The position numbers and the translations under genes were made by a program. A DNA stretch of 64,000 nucleotides from an uncultured Desulfospira sp. (GTDB taxonomy: Bacteria; Desulfobacterota; Desulfobacteria; Desulfobacterales; Desulfobacteraceae). Location of the stretch: positions 4,320,001 through 4,384,000 of the forward strand of contig OY760175.1 in the NCBI GenBank assembly GCA_963663165.1, written 5' to 3'. Below the pieces are notes generated by a model, which ran no database searches, was not told the DNA's origin, and worked only from the letters and a program-made list of their open reading frames with translations. Positions 57,328-64,000 of this stretch are shown piece by piece; the stretch's first letter is position 1, and each line of letters starts with the position of its first letter.

Positions 57328-57681
57328 ATGCTATCCATCCGAAAAGAGCAAAAAAAGATTCTGGATGTTGCCATGCTTGAAGTTTTTATGGATAAGGCAC
57401 ACCGGCATCTAACGGAAAATTTTGAAAAAAACCTAAAAGACAAGACCGATCTTGAGATCAAGGGAATTATCCTCCAAGGGATTGAACATGCCAAACTCTA
57501 TGATATCACAGATGAGCAGTCGGTAATTCTTTTTATTGATCTTACTGTTGCCATTGGGCCTGATTTTGAAGACCGGAAAGGCAATGAATGGATGCTGCCG
57601 ATCCTGAAGAAAAAAGGGTTAAGCCAAACGGAAAAAATGGAATTTATTTATACGGCCCTGGAAGACCGGTCAGCGGAATAA
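57328..57681 (+). CDS. Small helical hypothetical protein (putative effector-associated adaptor)
   Basis: 117 aa; pattern MLSIRKEQ...GIEHAKLYDITDE...FIDL...GPDF; heads a three-gene unit. Function is inference. Confidence 0.65.
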   Translation: MLSIRKEQKKILDVAMLEVFMDKAHRHLTENFEKNLKDKTDLEIKGIILQGIEHAKLYDITDEQSVILFIDLTVAIGPDFEDRKGNEWMLPILKKKGLSQTEKMEFIYTALEDRSAE

Positions 57682-57702
57682 GCCCGGCAGGGAGGAGGTT
57701 GA

Positions 57703-60700
57703 ATGGGCATATTTTCAAACGTATTAGAGAAAGTAAAAAAGAAATTTAAATCAAAAAAAGCCGGAGACTCCGTTGAAACCTGTCCGTTAAAGGAGACAGG
57801 GCTGCTGGTCAATGTCATCCGGGCCGATGACAGACAGTATGTGGAAGGGGCCAAAGTAGAACTCAGCGGTCCTGTGAGTCAGCATAAACAGACGGACTCC
57901 GACGGAATTGCCCTGTTTAAGCCCACGGAGCCCGGCACCTATAACATCGACACCACCCTGCCGACCAGCATGGATGATACCCATCAGCCGGTGTTAAGAC
58001 AAACCAATACGGTCTCTTTGGGCAGCACCACTATTCATATGGTCAAGGCCGTTCCCTTTGCCACCATTAAAGTAAAGGTCCTGGCAAGGGAGAACGATGT
58101 AAATGAGATTCTGGATGATGTTTCCATCCAGGTCGGTGAGCGGGCCGCGCAAAAAACCGTGAAAAATGACTGGCTGACCGTTAACAAGCTGCCCATCGGC
58201 AATTATAAGATTACCATTTCAGATCTTGGCAGGCACGCCTCGGATTACGTGGTTCCCGACAGCCAGAACGTTTATATAACCGCCGGAAAAGAAAAAGAGG
58301 TTTTGTTTTATGTCAGAAGGGCATCTCTTGAAGTCAAGGTTGTCAATAAGCATAAAACAACCCAACTGATCCCGGGGGTAAAAGTCACGGCCGAAATCCT
58401 GGGACAAAACAAAAAACTGCCGGATCAGACCACCGATCAGATGGAACCGGTTAAGCATGAATCCGTCAAGACAGGGAAATACCGGATTACGATTTCATTT
58501 CGGGATGAAGATAAAACCAAATACAGACTGCCCGAAGGCCAGCGCCCTTATAAAGAAGTGGATATCCGCTCAAGCGATGACTGCAAGGTGGAGTTTCAGG
58601 TTGAGCTGATTCTTCAAATCCATATGAAACTTCAATTTAAGGATCCTGAAAAAAATCCGCGGATTTTTCCTGAGGAGCTTCCGGTCCGCTTTGCCTTTAA
58701 TGCCGGCAGTCCCGTGGATGCCTTTGTGGGAAAGGACGGGGTGGTCTACGATAAAAAAGGTGACGGGGCAAAGCCCTATGTCGAAATCGTGAGAAAGGCG
58801 GACCGTGAATGGTTTACATTGAGCTTTAACGAACAGGTCAAACGCGAGTTTATTGTTTGTGAAAACGACGGGGAGAACGCCAAAACACAGCTTTACCTTT
58901 TGGAAGAGGATATGGACAGCCAGGCCAACCGCCTGGCCAGGCAGATGAATAAAGGACGCCGGGTGTTTATGCTTCCCAAGCGCAAGTGGAACCTGTCCGT
59001 GTCTGAGTGGACGGTAGACGGGGCCATTACCTATAATAAGGACACCTTTCAATTTGAAAAATTATCGAAGCTCACCACCACGGTGGGCTCTGAAGGCTCG
59101 CCCGCAACAGTGACCCTGGACCCAAGGTGGCAGTTTAACCGGTTTGTATTTTATGACCGCAAATACGGAAAATCCCACCACGGCGATAAGCCCGTCGGCA
59201 TACCGGGGATTCTGCTCAAAGGGGTGAATAAATGTGAAAACGGAAATGCGGCTTCCTTTGATACGGCATCCAACTGGACGTTGAACGTGACAGATAAGGA
59301 AAAGGGGGTTCAATGCCTTCCCTGGATTATCAGCAAGGATGACGCCAAAAAAGAACTGAAGCTGGACAATAAGATGATGCTTGAGTTCGGATATAAGCAT
59401 ACCTATATCCATTCAAAATCTGAAACCGACCGTGAGTTCAAGGTGATGGATCCGGCCGTAGAAGACAACAAAAAAGCCCTGAAACCCGGAAAAGACAGGA
59501 ATATATATTATGACCTGCCCAAAAAATGGAAATCAAAAAATTACTATACCCGGCTTCCGGACAAGGGCAAGTTTTTTGACGAACTGACGGAAGATGACAT
59601 CAAAGGATCCTTTGATTCAGGCAAGCCTTTGAAATTCTCTCTGGATGATATTGTCCTGGTGGATAAAAATGGGGCCCAACTCAAATATGATGCAATGGAC
59701 AAGAATAAGAAAGACGAAGACCAGGCGCTTTCCAAGCACTCCAGGGTTTCACTGCTGTACCAGGATCCGGACGATAAATTTAAAGTGACCATCTATGACC
59801 CCATGGCCGATGAGCCCTGCCACAGTAAAACCATCTTTCAAAAGGACAGCAGTGACGTTTACCGGAATGTGATTCTCACCGGGGAGACCCAGGCGGATAA
59901 AAAAGATTTAATCACCCGGGTGATTGTTTTTTGCAGCGGATTTTATGACCTGTTCGACAAACGGGCGGAAGCTGCGGATTTTTCAAAAAAACAAGTCCTC
60001 GGGGCCCGGGCGGCAAAACTGGAAGACAGTGATGTCAGTAAAAAAGTGGTCTTTTCTTCAGACAATGATGTGGCAAAGGCGTATGTGTTTTCAAAACGTG
60101 TTTTTGATATGTATTATCTGCATTATGGCGGGGAAAAGGACAGTACGGTTTACAGCAGCCTTGTCACATACTGGTCAGCCCGTTTCTTCTATGAAGATGA
60201 TGCCGGCAAGGTGGCTGCCCTCGGACTGCCGGCCGGATATACCAGGGATATGTTTTTTAAAAAGGACAGTACAGGGACAAGGCATCCCGGCAGTCTTACC
60301 GACAAACAAAATTATATAAAGCATGGCATGAAAAACGCCATGGAACGCTGGAATAAAAAAGATTATCAGTTTGATGAAAATGACGGAAAAACAGATGTTG
60401 TCATTAAATCCTCCACATTATTTGAAGCCAAAGAGGTCGAAGATCCCGCAGGGACTTTTGTGGACAGGGGTGGAAGCCATAAATGTCTGGTTGTCATTGT
60501 GACCAATGATCTGGGAAGCTGGGCGTCTGATTCGGTTATGCGCATGAGAAACACCGCCTATCAGGGCGAAGGCGAGTACTGGGGGAGCGCTGCCAACACG
60601 GAAGCCCGTGAAAATGATTATGACGGCACAACAGCCCCGGCACGGTGCGCCTTTGCCCACGAACTGGGGCATGCGGCCATCGGGCTGTACGATGAATACG

Positions 60701-62163
60701 TATATTATCTTGAGGGATATTCAGGGATTCTGCCACGGTACGAACAGTATTATCCGGGAATGCCGTATGTTCCGGATAACCCGACCATCATGAAATCAAA
60801 TCAGGCGATCCGCATGCACCAATTCTGGGGCAGGGCCAACTGGCTCAACGATGAGTCACGGATCGGAAGGCCCCTGAATAAATTTTTAGACGGCAAACAG
60901 TTTAAAATCACCTATTCGCCGGCCGGAAAAGCCAAATTAGAATATGAACTGAGGGATTCGTCAGATGCGGACTATCATAACAGCGCCCGGTCCAAATACC
61001 GTGATATCTACAAACCCGCTTATTCGGGGATGAGCCATGCCCTTGGCGGGAACGGGAAATGTGACCTGTTGCTATACAAACTCGGGGACGATGAATTTGC
61101 AAGAGGATTGAACGGTGGAACCTATGACGGCATTCTGGTTCTGTCCCCCCGGATTTCAGTCCGGTTCATTGCCGGGGCACTGGGTGCCTGGCAGGCAGGG
61201 AAAAACTATAAGACCAAAGATGTCGTAACCCAGGGGGGGGCAAAGTATATCTGCAAACAAAATCATACCAGTTCCCCAGACTTTAACACGGATAAAGCCG
61301 CCAACTGGATAGAAATATCGGATAAGGGAGACTGGTCGGAAGATACGGCATATGCGGTGCAGGATATGGTTAAAGACGGTTCAGCATACTATTATTGTAA
61401 ATCAGCCCATACATCTTCAGGGTTTGCCACAGATGCCGGCAAGTGGCATGTGGTCCCCGACAAAGGGGGATGGACAACAGGAACCGCTTACGTTCCGTGG
61501 GACAGGGCTGTGCAAGGCGGGAAGACCTTTATCTGCAAGGCCAACCACAATGCCGGCGCATTTGATGCAGACAATGCCAGCGACAAGTGGCTGGAGGTCA
61601 CTGAAAAAGGAAACTGGAAACCGGGAACCGCTTATGACCGGTCCAATCTGGCTGATCATGGCGGCAGTAAATATTTTTGTACCGGAAGCCATACATCGGC
61701 AGACCGCTCAAAAGACGATGACAAATGGCTAAAGGTGGATATGCGGACCTCGAGCTGGAAAGATGCCGAACAAAAAGACTGGGCTTCAAACCTGGGCAAA
61801 ACCATTTACAGCATGCTAAGTGGCGCAAATGGCAAATTTAAGCTTGAAAGCGATGCCGATCATGACTTCAAGAAAACCTATATTAATGTGTTTCCCCAAT
61901 ATGAGCTTGTCAGTTCAGGGAATGCCGGTTCAGCCGGAACCCATTTTGAGTTAGAGGTCAAAAAAGATAATACCCAGGATTTTGATATTGCAGCCCCGGC
62001 CAAGCCAAAGGCCGGAAACGACTTCAACCAGAAAAAACTGGTCCGTTTTCTGTTCGGGGCAGCCCATAACGTTGACACCAACCTGGCTAAAGAGGATTTG
62101 ACCGTGTTGAAAACCTGGATAGAAACAAACGCAGGCGGCAGCTTTACGGTAAAGGATATTTAA
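57703..62163 (+). CDS. Large putative zinc metalloprotease with N-terminal beta-sandwich repeats and four CBM5/12-like repeats
   Basis: 1486 aa; GGAGG RBS; no signal peptide; HELGHAAIGLYDEY at 60658-60699; four W...Y...G..Y/F.C...H...W repeats at about 61183-61740. Confidence 0.8.
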   Translation: MGIFSNVLEKVKKKFKSKKAGDSVETCPLKETGLLVNVIRADDRQYVEGAKVELSGPVSQHKQTDSDGIALFKPTEPGTYNIDTTLPTSMDDTHQPVLRQTNTVSLGSTTIHMVKAVPFATIKVKVLARENDVNEILDDVSIQVGERAAQKTVKNDWLTVNKLPIGNYKITISDLGRHASDYVVPDSQNVYITAGKEKEVLFYVRRASLEVKVVNKHKTTQLIPGVKVTAEILGQNKKLPDQTTDQMEPVKHESVKTGKYRITISFRDEDKTKYRLPEGQRPYKEVDIRSSDDCKVEFQVELILQIHMKLQFKDPEKNPRIFPEELPVRFAFNAGSPVDAFVGKDGVVYDKKGDGAKPYVEIVRKADREWFTLSFNEQVKREFIVCENDGENAKTQLYLLEEDMDSQANRLARQMNKGRRVFMLPKRKWNLSVSEWTVDGAITYNKDTFQFEKLSKLTTTVGSEGSPATVTLDPRWQFNRFVFYDRKYGKSHHGDKPVGIPGILLKGVNKCENGNAASFDTASNWTLNVTDKEKGVQCLPWIISKDDAKKELKLDNKMMLEFGYKHTYIHSKSETDREFKVMDPAVEDNKKALKPGKDRNIYYDLPKKWKSKNYYTRLPDKGKFFDELTEDDIKGSFDSGKPLKFSLDDIVLVDKNGAQLKYDAMDKNKKDEDQALSKHSRVSLLYQDPDDKFKVTIYDPMADEPCHSKTIFQKDSSDVYRNVILTGETQADKKDLITRVIVFCSGFYDLFDKRAEAADFSKKQVLGARAAKLEDSDVSKKVVFSSDNDVAKAYVFSKRVFDMYYLHYGGEKDSTVYSSLVTYWSARFFYEDDAGKVAALGLPAGYTRDMFFKKDSTGTRHPGSLTDKQNYIKHGMKNAMERWNKKDYQFDENDGKTDVVIKSSTLFEAKEVEDPAGTFVDRGGSHKCLVVIVTNDLGSWASDSVMRMRNTAYQGEGEYWGSAANTEARENDYDGTTAPARCAFAHELGHAAIGLYDEYVYYLEGYSGILPRYEQYYPGMPYVPDNPTIMKSNQAIRMHQFWGRANWLNDESRIGRPLNKFLDGKQFKITYSPAGKAKLEYELRDSSDADYHNSARSKYRDIYKPAYSGMSHALGGNGKCDLLLYKLGDDEFARGLNGGTYDGILVLSPRISVRFIAGALGAWQAGKNYKTKDVVTQGGAKYICKQNHTSSPDFNTDKAANWIEISDKGDWSEDTAYAVQDMVKDGSAYYYCKSAHTSSGFATDAGKWHVVPDKGGWTTGTAYVPWDRAVQGGKTFICKANHNAGAFDADNASDKWLEVTEKGNWKPGTAYDRSNLADHGGSKYFCTGSHTSADRSKDDDKWLKVDMRTSSWKDAEQKDWASNLGKTIYSMLSGANGKFKLESDADHDFKKTYINVFPQYELVSSGNAGSAGTHFELEVKKDNTQDFDIAAPAKPKAGNDFNQKKLVRFLFGAAHNVDTNLAKEDLTVLKTWIETNAGGSFTVKDI

Positions 62164-62165
62164 CC

Positions 62166-63368
62166 ATGAGATATCCACGACGCTGCATCAACCTGGGAGC
62201 GGCGGCAATTGTTTTCCTGGTTTTAAACGGCATTGCCTGTTCGCAGAACAGCATCACAGAAAGCAAAAAGGAGATCTCCATGACACTGTTGTCAACATAC
62301 CCTGTTCATTATGCCAACTCTTTAAGAAACAGCCGGGTCCCGGTTACAAGCACTGCAAAAGGGGAGATTGAATGGCGCACATCTTTTGAAAACAGCCGCC
62401 CGGAGAACATCATCCGCCTCAAGGTCTGGGAAGACCACGTGGTTCTGGAGATGGTGTCCGAGTTCCTGGTATTTGCACCGGACGGGAAGCTTCTTTTCTC
62501 AAGGCCGAAACGGTTTAATTCAATGACCGCCTGTGGAAACGGTTCTCTCTACTATGAAACCGGTGAGTGTTATCTCAACCAGCTGGACCTGAATAACGGC
62601 CTTAAGATGGAAGATGCGCCCTTGCCGGCCGTTGCAAATAAAGACTTTCGCATGACCCTTTTCTGGCCCATGGAAGAGCAGTTCATCATCGCCGCCTTCT
62701 GGCCGGGCCATGAACCCGAAGAGAAACCGGTTGCCATCTGGAGAAATGCCGTTTATGGAAAGGTTATGGCCCGGGAAGGCAGTGAATTCAGGCAGATGCA
62801 GAAAGCGGATCCGATTTTTATCCCTGGTTTGAACCGCCTTGTCTTCGGGCTTGATGAGATCATATCTGTTGATGTTGAAGACAGTGAGGAAACGTCTTCT
62901 TTTGCCTGGCCGGTTACCCAGGTTGCCGACTGGTGTGCATCCCCTGAGGGCATGCTGTTTATTTCGGGCATGGCAGATGGCAAAAAGACGGTTGCGGCCA
63001 TATCCTTGTCCGGCGGGGAGGGATGGGGTTGCGATGACTTTCCCGATAACCTGCCCTGGACGGTGAACCAGCCGCCCGCAGCCTTCGGGGACCAGGGGGT
63101 TTACCTGTTCTCGGGTAAGGATATTTATGCGGTTTCAAATGGCAAGCGCCAATGGCAGGTGACCGCCCAAACCGATGTGACCCAGGGGACATCATTGGCC
63201 GATGATTCTCTTCTCGTCAGTGCGGGAAACGAATTGATCTATTTATCCGCAGACGGCAAGGCCGTTTTTTCCCTGGTCCTTTCAGACCATATCAGAACAG
63301 CACCGGTCGTTGACTCCCAGGGACATGTCTATATCGCCACGGAAAAGGAACTGGTGAAAATCCGGTAA
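62166..63368 (+). CDS. PQQ-like beta-propeller protein, probable lipoprotein
   Basis: Basic N-terminus, hydrophobic stretch, IAC; propeller repeats GEIEW, DGKLLFS, GKRQW, TAPVVDSQGHVYIAT; starts 2 bp after the protease stop. Confidence 0.75.
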   Translation: MRYPRRCINLGAAAIVFLVLNGIACSQNSITESKKEISMTLLSTYPVHYANSLRNSRVPVTSTAKGEIEWRTSFENSRPENIIRLKVWEDHVVLEMVSEFLVFAPDGKLLFSRPKRFNSMTACGNGSLYYETGECYLNQLDLNNGLKMEDAPLPAVANKDFRMTLFWPMEEQFIIAAFWPGHEPEEKPVAIWRNAVYGKVMAREGSEFRQMQKADPIFIPGLNRLVFGLDEIISVDVEDSEETSSFAWPVTQVADWCASPEGMLFISGMADGKKTVAAISLSGGEGWGCDDFPDNLPWTVNQPPAAFGDQGVYLFSGKDIYAVSNGKRQWQVTAQTDVTQGTSLADDSLLVSAGNELIYLSADGKAVFSLVLSDHIRTAPVVDSQGHVYIATEKELVKIR

Positions 63369-63386
63369 CCGATAGAAGTCCTCGGG

Positions 63387-64000
63387 TCAGGGAGTGGCCG
63401 GCCGGCGGGTCCGGTCGGCATTCAGGAGCAGTTCTTTGAGGGCTCTGGCCGACCGGGCCCTGAGCCATTTATGCTCAAACCTGGGGTCCATGACAATCTT
63501 GGCAATGGCCGACAGGGCCTCCAGGTGAAAGTTTCGTTCGTCCCTTGTCCCCACCAGCACAAAGGCGGCATGAACGCCCGGGGCCTGGGGCGAAAAAATG
63601 ATGCCCTTCCGGCTCCGGACAATGAGCATGCCGAACTGGTTTTCCCCTTCAATGATGATATGGGGGATGGCCAGTCCCGGGGCCAGCACCGTGGTCATTT
63701 CGGCTTCTCTCTGACTGAGCATTTCAAACAGGGTGGATGCCGCAATGTTCACCTGCCGGCTCATCTGTTTTGCGGCCAGCTCAAAAAAGGCGTCCTGGTC
63801 CATTTCCTGCTTGAGATCGGCCACCACCGCCTTTTCCACCAGAAGATCAAACCGGTCCCTTTGCCCGTTCTCAGGCAGATAAAGGGGTTTTCCGTCCTGT
63901 TTTAATTGTTCAGGCACGGCCTTTTCCACCAGGTTCAATGCGGCCTGGCCCTCGTTTTGGCCAAACCGAAGGGCAATTTCCCTTAAGGCCGCCGTGGTGC
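63387..64000 (-). CDS. C-terminal PTS EIIA-like domain of a larger protein (5' part outside the window)
   Basis: REAEMTTVLAPGLAIPH phospho-His motif, ERNFHLEALSAIA; the frame is open to the window edge. Confidence 0.88.
   Translation of the reverse strand, partial: TTAALREIALRFGQNEGQAALNLVEKAVPEQLKQDGKPLYLPENGQRDRFDLLVEKAVVADLKQEMDQDAFFELAAKQMSRQVNIAASTLFEMLSQREAEMTTVLAPGLAIPHIIIEGENQFGMLIVRSRKGIIFSPQAPGVHAAFVLVGTRDERNFHLEALSAIAKIVMDPRFEHKWLRARSARALKELLLNADRTRRPATP

Overview
A chromosomal window from a sulfate-reducing deltaproteobacterium (gene content suggests Desulfobacteraceae; inference only). Backbone, left to right: a TetR-regulated RND efflux operon; a TAXI-TRAP transporter with a convergent Cache/PAS two-component system; thpR; an MshEN-like/DUF342 (FapA) gene; a cobalamin-riboswitch-led operon (cbiL, membrane protein, cbiET, cbiF, cbiG, cbiH, cobO, cobQ) containing three parS-like palindromes; a second two-component system; an IscU-like scaffold; an MscS-like protein; an HDOD kinase / MshEN-only / FlhG-like operon; pncB; a 5'-damaged VPLP-CTERM surface protein; a giant hybrid kinase split by an IS110; a SMUG1-type glycosylase; a second RND pair; and a partial gene ending in a PTS-IIA domain. 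Mobile DNA with boundaries readable from the sequence: (i) a 1.43 kb DDE-type IS (5664-7095, 8-bp TSD); (ii) a 4.1 kb five-gene Recombinase-In-Trio (RIT)-like element (14266-18383) with an added Cys-rich gene, a replication-initiator-like wHTH gene and a candidate antisense RNA, inserted at a 6-bp core at the edge of a dispersed heptamer-hairpin repeat; (iii) an IS110/IS1111-type element (46470-48208) whose excision would restore the kinase ORF; (iv) two MITEs with shared TIRs, 10-bp TSDs and unrelated interiors. The best candidates for an undescribed system are the extended RIT element and an orphan three-gene cassette (57328-63368: putative adaptor, a 1486-aa zinc metalloprotease with four carbohydrate-binding-like repeats, and a beta-propeller protein with two possible starts). 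All family assignments come from motif recognition by eye, not database searches.
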